This document shows positions 37,420 through 49,479 of a stretch of DNA of 64,000 nucleotides, in pieces; position 1 is the stretch's first letter; each line of letters begins with the position of its first letter. The notes beneath the pieces were generated by a model. The model had not been told where the DNA came from. It saw nothing but the letters and a program-made list of their open reading frames with translations, and made no database searches. The DNA comes from Mobula hypostoma (lineage: Eukaryota): positions 94,056,001 to 94,120,000 of the forward strand of contig NC_086108.1 in NCBI RefSeq assembly GCF_963921235.1. The letters run 5' to 3'. The translations under genes and the position numbers were made by a program.

Positions 37420-37765
37420 TGAAGGAGGTGTAGGGCACTCCTTCCCTCCACTCGCCTGCTGGTCGCCCCTGGGCAAGGTGTAGCATCTGTTTAGCCACTC
37501 GTTCAGGGTCATGTGAAGCCACGGGAGCAGGTGGTGGATGGTCGTATGAGCAGCTGGTGCATATCGTAACTCCTGGTTATGCGACCACAGACGCCAGACG
37601 GACGATCTCTGAAGAGTATTGATTATGGCTGGGGTCGCCCGTCTTGTAAAGACAGTGCTCAGAAGAAGGCAATGGTGAACCACTTCTGTGGAAAAATTTG
37701 CCAAGAGCAATCACGGTTAAAGACCGTAATCGCCCATGTCATACGATGTGGCACACGATGGTGCA
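37420..37765 (+). mobile_element. RTE-related SINE-like element inserted in a CR1 3' fragment (about 37380-37420 and 37768-38080)
   Basis: gaaggcaatggtgaaccacttctg resembles the RTE/Bov-B-type ggcaaaccact block. CR1 sequence resumes after it. Confidence 0.5.
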
Positions 37766-38828
37766 GAATTATGAGCAGTAAAGACAGGGTGAATGCAAGC
37801 AGGCTTTTTTTCCACTGAGGTTGGGCAAAACTAAAACTAGAGGTCATGGGTTAAAGGTGAAATGTTTAAGGGGGACATTAGAGGGAACTTCACTCGGGGT
37901 GGAACAAGCTGCCAGCAGAAGTCATAGATATGGTTTTGATTTCAACATTTAATAGAATTTTCCATTACTACATGGATGGGAGGTGTTTGGAGGGACGTGG
38001 TGCAGATGCAGGTCGATGGGTCTCAGTGGAATAATGGATGGGCTGAAGGCCTGTATCAGTACTGTTGTGTTCTATGACTCTAAACACTTGGTGAGGGCTA
38101 CAGAATCCTTGGGAAGATTTCAAATGTAATGTAAGCTGAAAATAAACTAGATGTCAAATAGTGCCAGCAGTTTACTTTCTAATCTGTTTACTTTTGATGG
38201 CTTGCCGGGAACTCTGTTGATGAGGTTATCTGTTATATTTAATTGCTGTCAGAATTTCACCTGATTGATTCCATAGTGTTAATAAATCCACGGCCTGGCT
38301 TTGAAGTCAAGTTATAGAGGTCAAACTGCAACTTATCTGAACAGTAAACGGCGAGATGTAACTGCTTGCGGTAATTTTGAAGAGAGCTGTAAATGTCATT
38401 TGATAGAGTTTGGACTGGAGCTGATGTGAAAGATGGAAATGGTGACTCGTGCTGGGGTGGTGGAGAGGGCTGATGCCTCGGTATTTAAATTGTACTGATA
38501 GAAGCTGCCAACTACTTCCTGTTGTGAAGATTCAAGTTTAGCTTTACAGAGGGTGCAGAGGTTTACCAGGAAACTGCCTGGATTAGACAGCGTGATTTAT
38601 GAAGACAGATTGAGCAAGCTCGGGCTTTTCTCCTTGGAGTGAAGGACGATGATAGGTGAGTTGATAGAGGTGTACCAGATGATAAGAGGCACAGATCAAG
38701 TGGACAGCCAGAGACCACTTCGCAGGGCAGAAATGGCTGATACCAGGGTGCAGAATATTAATGTTATTGGAGGGACGTATAAGGGGTGATGGCAGAGTTA
38801 AGTTCTTTATACTGAGAGTGGTGAGTGC

Positions 38829-39062
38829 TGTTATGTATTTAATATTTCAGTAACCTTGTATATATGGTTGGTTAAGCATTCTTCTTTGTTTAGGTAATTC
38901 ATTACAGATTATATGTATAAATACGTGAATTACGTACGTCATGATGCTGATACATGATACCCGTGCCTCACTTAAAGTTAAAACACAAGGTCAGACTCAC
39001 AGTTCAGACTCCCGTATCTTCCTTTGAACTGGTTTAATGTTTTGATGTTACAAAACATAACA
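38829..39062. mobile_element. Solo LTR (234 bp) with 5-bp TSD, inserted in a CR1 fragment (about 38540-39210)
   Basis: agtgc|TGTTATGT ... ACATAACA|agtgc: TG..CA ends, 8-bp inverted termini, 5-bp TSD. Confidence 0.85.
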
Positions 39063-40299
39063 AGTGCATGGCAGTGGGGCTGATAGAGGCAGATATATTA
39101 GGGGGACTAAAGAAACTCTTACATAGGTATATGGATAATAGAAAAATGGAGGGCTGTAGAGGAGGGTAGGATTAGATTGATCTCAGAGTAGGTTAAAAGG
39201 TCGGCACAACATTTTATTTGTCACATATGCATTGCAACGTTGAAACATACATTGAAATGCGTCTTTTGTGTCAGTGACCAACACAGTGTAACGATGTGCT
39301 CAGAGGAAACCCACGCAGTTACGGGGAAAATGTACAAACCCCTTATAGGCAGAGGTGGGAATTTGAACCCTGATCAGTGATCGCTGGCTCAGACTGCTAC
39401 ACTCCCATACTGACTATCACTTATTGTGCTGCCTACCCACCACTTACTGTGCCAATGCAAGTTCATTGGCTTGTAGCTAACTATTTCAACTAAGGATTGG
39501 GAATATTCACGCAACATCATTACCAGGTCTTAGGCTGTCCAGTGGGATTGAGTATGCCTAGCTTCCAGTTGTGCTTTCTGAAGTGATTGAGGAAACCAGT
39601 AACCTCCTCCATGGACGGATGGATACTTTGTGAGGTGGTGGCCATAAAACCCATTCCCCTGCACTGGAAACACGTTTGTTGCTGGAATCTGTACTATTGT
39701 CTAAATTGCGTATTTGTTGATGCCTGAGCTGGAGTCGGTGATTGTGAACTGGAACGAAGGTGTGCTGCCTTATTCACTGTCCTCTTGCCTGGCCAGGTAA
39801 CAGTTGTAGTGCATCTGAAGTGAAAAAGTTTTAAAGTCAAGTTTATATGTACAGGAATCTTCCATTGTCTCGTGCAGATACAGGGCATATTTCCTTCTTA
39901 CCATTGGTGCAGTGACCACAAGACTGCAGCCTGTTCTGCAAACCTTTGCTCTAGCCGGCCTCACTGGTAGAATGACCGTGGCTGGAGCAGGGTCTAATAA
40001 TGACCCCACTCCCCTGTGACTGATGCAAATTAACTTTATTCGAACCCACTTACAGCACTCAACCCCTGATAAAGTGTCCACTCAAAGAATGTGATCAGTG
40101 CAGGCCGAAAGCCAAATTCATTGATTGGCAGCACAACATTAACAAAATTGCCAGCAGTGCGCAGGGCTGAAGTAATTGCCCATCACAATCTTCAACCTGT
40201 TTTCAAAAAGTATCCAACTTGTTTTCCTATGTTATGCCAGAATTTCAAATGATATGTGGTTTGATAAGGAACTGGCTGGAGTCAACCGTCCGTGCAGGA

Positions 40300-40328
<29 letters not shown>
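40300..40328. repeat. (TG)n microsatellite
   Basis: Direct reading. Confidence 0.95.
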
Positions 40329-40330
<2 letters not shown>

Positions 40331-41139
40331 GAGACTAAGAAGCGGGCAGGAAAAATCATTGTGGACACTACCCCCCCTGCAAACTGCCTTTTCCAAAAGG
40401 TCCCTTCACACTATCTTAAAAGTTTCTTTCCCCAGACAGTTAATCTGATCAACCATTCTAGTTACCCCCCCCAACCCCTCTATCTATTACCTCAGTCACT
40501 ACAGAGCACTATAAACACCTTAAACCACTTACAGTGCTGTTTCCATTGTAAGTGCATCCTAGTATTTATGAACATTCCATATCTGTACTTTAACCTATTT
40601 TTACATTTTTTAATTCTTTATAAATGTTGAATGTTGTTGCCCTTTGTTGCATATTGCTCCAAAATACCAGAATGAATTCCTAAAACATGTAAATGTATAT
40701 GCTGAGCAAAGTTGATTCTTGTTGACTCTCTAGTCCGAATCTATTCTAGTACATGCCAGTGTTAACGAGCAATGAAAATAATGAGCAGCCGGCAAAATAT
40801 ATTGTCCCTAGGGCAGCATGCTTTTCACACTGCATGTGTACGTGGGTGTGTGAAATTGCACTTTAACTTTGCTGTTTATAACAAGCTCATTCTGTTGACA
40901 TATTGTATTTCTGTAATTACCATTTCTCCTGCAAACTGGCTGGGACTTCTCAGAGTAAGTCTGGGCTTCACCCAAAAAAGCCCTAAATCACTCGAGGTTG
41001 AAATGTAACAGGTACTGCAACTGCCTTGTACAACCTGATCCTCATACCTGAATTCATTGATGCTGTTGGTTTTTAGTCGAACCATCTATCCCTCGTAAAG
41101 TTTTTGAACCATAGATTCATGTGCCACGGCCATATGCAC

Positions 41140-41520
41140 TGGTATTTAGGGCAGCAATGAAGGTCCTCCATCTCTGTCAGTGTTCAGGGCTTCCTTCGTC
41201 ATGTCAGTAGCTGCCTCTTGGTTTTCACTACTGTCAGTCATGCAACTGTTGGGCAGAGACTCAGGAATACTGTCACACTCAGATGTAGAAGGATTCTCCA
41301 TTGCTGTTTCTTTAACAGTTTTGTTCAACCAGTCAGGGTTGTTAGCCCTGAGCCTGGAGGACCAGTGGACCACTCTGTTCTCTACCCTTTGACCCGTTTG
41401 GTATGGGCGACCTTACCAAGAGCCAAAGCACAAGGCCCCATCTCCAGCCCTCATAGTTCTCTGGATCATTGAGGCACGCAAGCCTCCAAAACCCAACAAG
41501 GTTGTGGTCCTTTTGGAGGA
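41140..41520 (-). mobile_element. RTE-type non-autonomous element (RTE 5'-UTR-like head)
   Basis: Reverse complement accacaaccttg...gcttgcgtgcctcaatga...ggtcgcccataccaaacgggtc resembles the 5' end of fish RTE (Expander/Rex3-like) elements. Confidence 0.55.
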
Positions 41521-42027
41521 TAGATTCATTAAACCATAGGAACAACCATCTTCCCACTGAGCTTTCACTGCCCACCAAGCACTCCTTTACACTAATCCTA
41601 CACCAATTCCATTTTATTCTTCCCTCATTAGTCTCGGGGACAGCCAGAGACTTATTCCCAGGGCAGAAATTGCTATCCGAGGGGGCATAATTTTAAGGTG
41701 ATTGGAGGAAAGTAGGAAGGGGATGACAGAGGTAAGTTTTTTTTTACCCAAAGTGGTGGGTGCATCAAACCTGCTGCCGGGGGTGGTGGTAGACGCAGAT
41801 ATTTTAATTCATTTATTTATTATTTTGAGATTGCACGGAACAGGCCCTTCTGGCCCAATCAGCAACCCTAGCCTAATCACAGGACCATTTACACTAACCA
41901 ATTAGCCTACTAGCCGGTACGTCTTTGGACTGTGGGAGGAAACTGGAGCACCAGGAGGAAACCCACATGGTCAAGGGGAGAACGTACAAACTCCTTAGAG
42001 ATGGCACCAGAACTAAGCTCTGAACAC

Positions 42028-43980
42028 TAATAGACAATAGGTGCAGGAGTAGGCTATTCAGCCCTTCGAGCCAGCACCACCATTCACTGTGATCATGGCT
42101 GATCATCCACAATCAGTACCCCGTTCCTGCCTTCTCCCCATATCCCTTGACTCTGCTACCTTTAAGAGCTCTACCTAACTCTTTCTTGAAAGCATCCAGA
42201 GAATTGGCCTCCACTGCCCTCTGAGGCAGAGCATTCCACAGATCCACAACTCTCTGGGTGAAAAAGTTTTTCCTCAACTCCATTCTAAATGGTCTACCCC
42301 TTATTCTTAAACTGTGGCCTCTGGTTCTTGACTCCCCCAGCATCAGGAACATGTTTCCAGCCTCTAGCGTGTCCAATCCCTTAATAATCTTATATGTTTC
42401 AATCAGATCCCCTCTCATCCTTCTAAATTCCGGTGTATACAAGCCCAGTCGCTCCAATCTTTCAACAGTCCCGCCATCCCGGGAATCAACCTTGTGAACC
42501 TATACTGTACACCCTCAATAGCAAGAATGTCCTTCCTCAAATTTGCAGACCAAAACTGCACACAGTACTCCAGGTGTGGTCTCACCAGGGCTCTGTACAA
42601 CTGCAGAAGGACCTCTTTGCTCCTATACTCAACTCCCCTTGTTATGAAGGCCAATATGCCATTAGCTTTCTTCACTGCCTGCTGTACCTGCATGCTTACT
42701 TTCAGTGACTGATGAACAAGGACACCTAGATCTCGTTGTACTTCCACTTTTCCTAACTTGACTTCATTCAGATAGTAATCTGCCTTCCTGTTCTTGCCAC
42801 CAAAGTGGATAACCTCACATTTATCCACATTAAACTGCATCTGCCCACTCACCCAACCTGTCCAAGTCACCCTGCATTCTCATAACACCCTCCTCACATT
42901 TCACACTGCCACCCAGCTTTGTGTCATCTGCAAATTTGCTAATGTTACTTTGAATCGCTTGATCTAAATCATTAATGTATATTGTAAATAGCTGCGGTCC
43001 CAGCACCGAGCCTTGTGGTACCCCACTAGTCACCGCCTGCCATTCTGAAAGGGACCCGTTAATCGCTACTCTTTGTTTCCTGTCTGCCAACCAATTTTCT
43101 ATCCATGTCAGCACCCTACCCCCAATACTATGTGCTCTAATTTTGCCCACTGATCCCCTACGTGGAACCTTATCAAAGGCTTTCTGAAAGTCCAGGTACA
43201 CTACATTCACTGGCTCTCCCTTGTCCGTTTTTGTAGTTACATCCTCAAAAAATTCCAGCAGATTAGTCAAACATGATTTCCCCTTCGCAAATCCACGCTG
43301 ACTCGGACCAATCCTCTTACTGCTATCCAAATATGCCGCTATTTCATCTTTTATAATTGACTCCAGCATCTTCCCCACCACTGATGTCAGGCTAACTGGT
43401 CTATAATTCCCTGCTTTCTCTCTCCCTCCTTTCTTAAAAAGTGGGATAACATTAGCTACCCTCCAATCCGCAGGAATTGATCCTGAATCTACAGAACATT
43501 GGAAAATGATTACCAACGATTTCTAGAGTCACCTCCTTAAGTACCCTGGGATGCAGACCATCAGGCCTTGGGGATTTATCAGTCTTCAGTCACGTCAGTC
43601 TATCCAACACCATTTTCTGCCTAATGTGAACTTCCTTCAGTTCCTCCGTTACCCTAGGTCCTCTGGCCACTATTACACCTGGGAGATTGTGTCTTCCCCA
43701 GTGAAGACAGATCCAAAGTACCTGCCATTTTCCTTGTTCCCCATATTAATTTCACCTGTTTCTGTCTTCAAGGGCCCAACTTTGGTCTTACCTAATTTTT
43801 TCCTCTTCACATACCTAAAGAAGCTTTTACCATCCTCCTTTATATTCTTGGCTAGCTTACCTACGTACCTCATCTTTTCTCCCCGTATTAGTTATCTTCT
43901 GTTGCTCTTTAAAAGTTTCCCAATCCTCTGGCTTCCTGCTCATCTTTGCTATGTTATACTCCTCTTTTATTTTTATACTG
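42028..43980 (-). mobile_element. 5'-truncated CR1 LINE with frameshifted ORF2
   Basis: ORF pieces 42830-43516 (NYRPVSLTS, GVPQGSVLGP, KFADD), 42415-42870 and 42113-42457. Tail aatagacaatagg. Confidence 0.93.
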
Positions 43981-44599
43981 CTCCAAGGCCCCCTACTCTT
44001 GCAACTATAAAGATTAGATTAGCTTCATTTACCACATGTACGTCGGAACAGTGAAAGTGAAATGCGTCAAATCAAATCAATCAGGATTCTGCGGTCAGCC
44101 TGCAAGTGTCGAGTGATTGAGCTAACCACTATGCTACCGTGCTGTACAACCTGTCATTCGAGATGCTGTCATGAGTGAAAGCACCTCAACATTTACCCTC
44201 CAAAGAGTTTGCTTCTGCGGTAATATAATTCCTCATTTTTCCATTACATTATACTCGCACTGTTGAATGTGCAATGTAAATATTTTTATATGATGCTGCA
44301 AAATGCACGCCCTGCTTTATCTCGACCATTCTCTGCTGTTGCTAAACCCAGCTCCAAAGTCCAAATGAAGACAATACTGGGTCACTAGATTACTTCCGGG
44401 ACAAACTCCATTGGATTATTTTTAAAGATCTTTGAAATGAAATGTTAACTCACTCTCTCCATCCAGATGCTGCATGCCCTGTGTATCTCTGGCATTTTGG
44501 TTTGAATTTAAATTGCCAGAATCAGTAGTATTTTGCTCTGGCATGTTGAAGAGAATGAGTTATGCTACAAATGAGATCTTGCAAAGTGTCCTTTATCTG

Positions 44600-45770
44600 C
44601 TACATCTGCAGCATACTACCACCCACACATGGACCCCCTCCAATTCAACTACTGACATAACCGATCGACAAATGACACAATAGCCACTGCTCTACACACT
44701 GTCCTTGCATATCCTGGACAAGAAGGATACTTATGTGAGAATACTGATCTTGGTCTACAGTTCAGCATTCAACGCTATGATTCCCTCTAGGCTTGACAAG
44801 AAGCTCAGAGACCTCAGCCTTCACCCAGCCGTCTGTAGGTAGATCCTGGACTTCCTGTCAGATCGCTGGAGGGTGGTAAGAGTGAGCTCCCTCGCCTCTG
44901 ACCCTCCACACAGGAGCCCTCTAGGGCTGTGTCCTAAGCCCCTCCTTATACTCTCTGTACCACTATTACTATGTCGCCACCCACAGCTCCAATTTGCTAA
45001 TTAAATTTGCAGATGATACCACGTCTCAAATAATAATGAGGCAGCCTACTGAGGAGAAGTCATCACCCTGACACAGTGGTGTCAAGAAAACAAACTCTTC
45101 CTCAATGTCGCAAAAACAAAGGAGCTTCTTTGTGGACTACAGGAGGAACAAAGACTGGCTAACCCCTATTGACACCAATGGATCTGGGGTTGAGAGGGTA
45201 AACAGCTTTAAGTTCCTCAGCATCCACATCACCGAGGACCTCACGTGGTCTGTACATACCGGCTGTGCGGTGAAAAAAGCACAACAGCAGCTCTTTCACC
45301 TCAGACGGTTGAAGAAGTTTGGTATGGGTCCCCAAATCCTAAGGACTTTCTACAGGGGCATAGTTGAGAGCGTCCTGACTGGCTGCATCACTGCCTGGTG
45401 TGGGAACTGTACTTCCCTCAATCACAGGACTCTGCAGAGAGTGGTGCGGACAGCCCAGCTCATCTGTAGATGTGAACTTCCCACTATTCAGGATATTTAC
45501 AGAAACAGGTGCATACAAAGGGCCCGTAGGATCACTGGGGATCCAAGCCATCCCAGCCACAATCTATTCCAGCTGCTACCATCCGAGAAACGGTACTGTA
45601 GCATAAAAGCGAGGACCAACAGGCTCCGGGACAGCTTCTTCCACCAGGCCATCAGACTGATTAATTCACGCTGACAAAATTGCATTTCTAAGATATATTG
45701 ACTGTTCTGTTGTATCTCTTACTATACATGCTATTTATTACAAATTACTATAATTTGCACATTCAGAGAT
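44600..45770 (+). mobile_element. Rex1/Babar LINE fragment; its tail resumes near 47047-47100
   Basis: ORF 45105-45674: VESVLTGCITAWCG...FQLLPSEKRYCSIKARTNRLRDSFF. Same subfamily as 17645-19240. Confidence 0.88.
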
Positions 45771-46937
45771 AGAACATAGAATAGTACAGCACAGTACAGG
45801 CCCTTCGGCCCACAATGTTGTGCTGACCCTCAAACACTGCCTCCTATATAACCCCCCACCTTAAATTCCTCCATATACCTGTCTAGTAGTCTCTTAAACT
45901 TCACTAGTATATCTGCCTCCACCACTGACTCAGGCAGTGCATTCCACACACCAACCACTCTCTGAGTGAAAAACCTTCCTCTAATATCCCCCTTGAACTT
46001 CCCACCCCTTAACTTAAAGCCATGTCCTCTTGTATTGAGCAGTGGTGCCCTGGGGAAGAGGCGCTGGCTATCCACTGTATCTATTCCTCTTAATATCTTG
46101 TATATCTCTGTCAAGCCTCCTCTCATCCACCTTCTCTCCAAAGAGAAAAGCCCTAGCTCCTTTAATCTCTGATCATAATGCATACTCTCTAAACCAGGCA
46201 GCATCCTGGTAAATCTCCTCTGTACCCTTTCCAATGCTTCCACATCCTTCCTACAGTGAGGCGACCAGAACTGGACACAGTACTCCAAGTGTGGCCTAAC
46301 CAGAGTTTTATAGAGCTGCATCATTACATCACAACTCTTAAACTCTATCCCTCGACTTATGAAAACTAACACCCCATAAGCTTTCTTAACTACCCTATCT
46401 ACCTGTGAGGCAACTTTCAGGGATCTGTGGACATGTACCCCCAGATCCCTCTGCTCCTCCACACTACCAAGTATCCTGCCATTTACTTTGTACTCTGCCT
46501 TGGAGTTTGCCCTTCCAAACTGTACCACATCACACTTTTCCAGGTTGAACTCCATCTGCCACTTCTCAGCCCACTTCTGCAACCTATCAATGTCTCCCTG
46601 CAACTTCGACAATCCTCTACACTATCTACACCACCACCAACCTTTGTGTCATCTGCAAACTTGCCAACCCGCCCTTCTACCCCCACATCCAGGTCGTTAA
46701 TAAAAATCACGAAAAGTAGAAGTCCCAGAACCAATCCTTGTAAGACACAAGTAGTCACAACCCTCCAGTCCGAATGTACTCCCTCCACCACCACCCTCTG
46801 CCTTCTGCAGGCAAGCCAATTCTGAATCCACCTGGCCAAACTTCCCTGGATCCCATGCCCTCTGACTTTCTGATTAAGCCTACCGTGTGGAACCTTGTCA
46901 AGTGCCTTACTAAAATCCATGTAGATCACATCCACTG
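45770..46937 (-). mobile_element. 5'-truncated CR1 LINE, same subfamily as 55185-58070
   Basis: ORFs 46483-46935 and 45830-46612 nearly match the proteins at 55248-56521. Confidence 0.93.
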
Positions 46938-47552
46938 TGTAATCACAGATGTAACAGTCGATGTTTCAGGTCAAGACATTTCTTCAGGACTGTAAACAAT
47001 GGGGAAGAGACCAAGGGGAAGGGAAGGAGGCCAGCTGGAAGGTGATAGATGTAACAAAGATTTTTTATTCCTCATGAAAGAAAGAAAGTCAATTCAATTC
47101 AGTCAAACTGCACTGTAAACTTGTGAAATTTATTGGTGCCCAAAAAATTCCTTTTACCGTGACTTACTAATGAATTCCATTGATAGATTCATTGTACTAA
47201 ATGCTCCTAGTAGTCATAGTTTTCACTATAATATATACAGTCAGTAAATGTTGATGAATGACCTTCAAGTGCCAGCAAAGGGACTTAAGTACCAAGACAT
47301 GGCACTGTAGATGAGGGAATCATTAATGTAAGTGCTGAAAATTCCCAGCAGGTCAGGCAGCATCTATGGAGAGGGAAACAAGCTGAAGCCTGTACTGTAC
47401 ATCAAGAGGATTTGGAGATGTAGTGGGCATTAAGGTATGAAAGAAGTGAGGAGAGGAGGAAAGAGCAGAAGGCAATGCCTGTGGCAGGATAGAAGAGTAG
47501 AGGGGTTAAATGAAGAAGAAAATGGGGCAATACATTCCTAACCTGTTATCTG

Positions 47553-48300
47553 AACACAAGAAATTCTGCAGAAACTGGAAATCCAAAGCAACCAACATGC
47601 ACACACGCACATACACACACGCGCACACACGCACACGCGCACACGCACACACGCGCACACACGCACACGCACACGCGCGCACACACACGCGCACACACAC
47701 GTGCGCACACGCACACGCGCACACACGCACGCGCACACACACATACACACACACACACGCGTGCACACACACACACACACACACACACGCGCACACACGC
47801 ACACACATGCAACACTGGAGCAGGTCAGGCAGCATCTATGGAAATGAATAAACAGTTGATGTTTCAGGTTAAGACACTTCTTCAGGACTGTAAGGGAACG
47901 GGGAAGAGACCAGGGGAAGGGCAGAAGGCTAGCTGGAAGGTGATGGGTGAAGCCATGTGGGTGGGAAAGGTAAAGGGCTGGAGAAGAAGGAATGTGATAG
48001 GATAGGAGAGGAGAGTAGACCATAGGAGAAAGGGAAGGAGGAGGGGACCCAACGGGAGGTGAGAAGAGGTAAGAGGCCAGAGTGGGGAGTAGAAGAAGGG
48101 ATGGGGAGAGAAACATTTTTTTAACTAGAAGGAGAAATTGATGTTCATGCCATCAGGTTGGAGGCTACCCAAACAGAATATAAGGTGTTGCTCCTCCACC
48201 TTGTGGGTGGTCTCACCTTGGCACAAGAGGCCATCCTCAGGGTAGAAAAGCAACACTTTATATTCCATCTGGGTAGCCTCCAACCTGACGGCGTGAATCT
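47553..48300 (-). mobile_element. Older PLE 3' fragment with expanded (CA/CG)n tract, HHR-like motif (47853-47890) and inverted 5' segment (about 48226-48298)
   Basis: Reverse complement cagtcCTGAAGAagtgtcttaacctGAAACATCaactg. GIY-YIG tail at 48140-48215 repeated in the opposite orientation. Confidence 0.75.
47597..47810. repeat. Alternating purine-pyrimidine (CA/CG)n tract
   Basis: Direct reading. Confidence 0.97.
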
Positions 48301-49125
48301 GTTATCTAAACTGCTATAACCAGAGGGAACATCAGGAAAATCAAACCCCATCCTGCTCCCAGATGACATTTACACACATGCATTCATATATTTTTAAATG
48401 CATAAAATTAAATATTTTGGAATGGGGAAAATATTTTTGCATTATCCCCATTGCAAAATAGGAACACTCTGGGCCATCAATGTTCAGCCATCTGATAGGC
48501 TACTCAGTTTAACTGGTGCTTTGATTATGCGACTCAGAAAGGTGAGAATCGTTTTGTGAGTTGGGACAAGATGCTGATGGGGTGATTCTAATTAATCTGG
48601 CCTCAGCCTCATTGAGTATCCACCTGCTTAGATTGGTATTAACCTGTGAAGTGGGAGAGTACAATGACTGAACAGGGCTTGTGGCATTTTCCCGCTTGCT
48701 TGGCAATAAAGTAACCTGGTGGGCAGCTAGTACAGCTGCCACCTCTCAGCCCTAGTGGTTCAGGTTCAATCCTGATCTCCTGATCTCCCTGCAGTAGAGC
48801 TGCTTCCCCTCAGCTCCAGAGGCCCGAGGTCGATCCTGCCCTCCTGTGTGGGGCTAAACACCATTTCACTGAAGCAGAGCTGCTGTCCCTCAGCCCAGTG
48901 GTGCAGGTTCAACCCTGTCCTTTGTGGGGTTGAACAAGTTCTCCCTGTGACTGTGTGAGTTTTCTCTGGATGCTCTCGTTTCCTCCCATGTCCCAAAGGC
49001 CTGTGAATGGGTGGTTTAACACTCAGTTTGTTGGGGTGTGTGTGGTAGAATTGATGAGAGTGGAGGGAGAATGGGTTGCAGGAAAACTCAGTGGGGGATA
49101 GGAACGCTGAAGTTGGCATAAACCT

Positions 49126-49210
49126 CAAACACGAGGAATTCTGCGGATGCTGGAAATTCAAGCAACACACATCAAAGTTGCTGGTGAACGCAGCAACTTT
49201 GATGTGTGTT
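49126..49210. mobile_element. 85-bp fold-back PLE-terminus insertion with 14-bp TSD
   Basis: gttggcataaacct at 49112-49125 and 49211-49224. Hairpin aacacacatcaaagttgctg-gtgaacg-cagcaactttgatgtgtgtt. Confidence 0.9.
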
Positions 49211-49479
49211 GTTGGCATAAACCTGATGGGTTGAGTGATCTCCTTGTAAGGGAACTTCCTGGAGAAATTAGTGGGGGGATGGAAATTATCAGAGTTGATA
49301 TAAGAAAGGGTTGAGAGCTCCAAGCCCCCAGGAGTGACCTGTTCTGATCCAACTATGTAGGTGCCATGTCCAAGAGAGCTCACCAAGCCTCTATTTCCTC
49401 CATCGATAAAAGAAATCTGGTACGTTCCCTTTGACCATCGCCAGTTGTTATTGTAGAGGGCATTGTGTCTCAATGCATC

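Noticed and set aside
47506..48116. Cys/Val- or His/Thr-rich proteins
   Set aside because: These are translations of the (CA/CG)n microsatellite.
48766..49473. 235-aa ORF
   Set aside because: It spans SINE fragments and the PLE fold-back insertion in antisense, with no recognisable domain.
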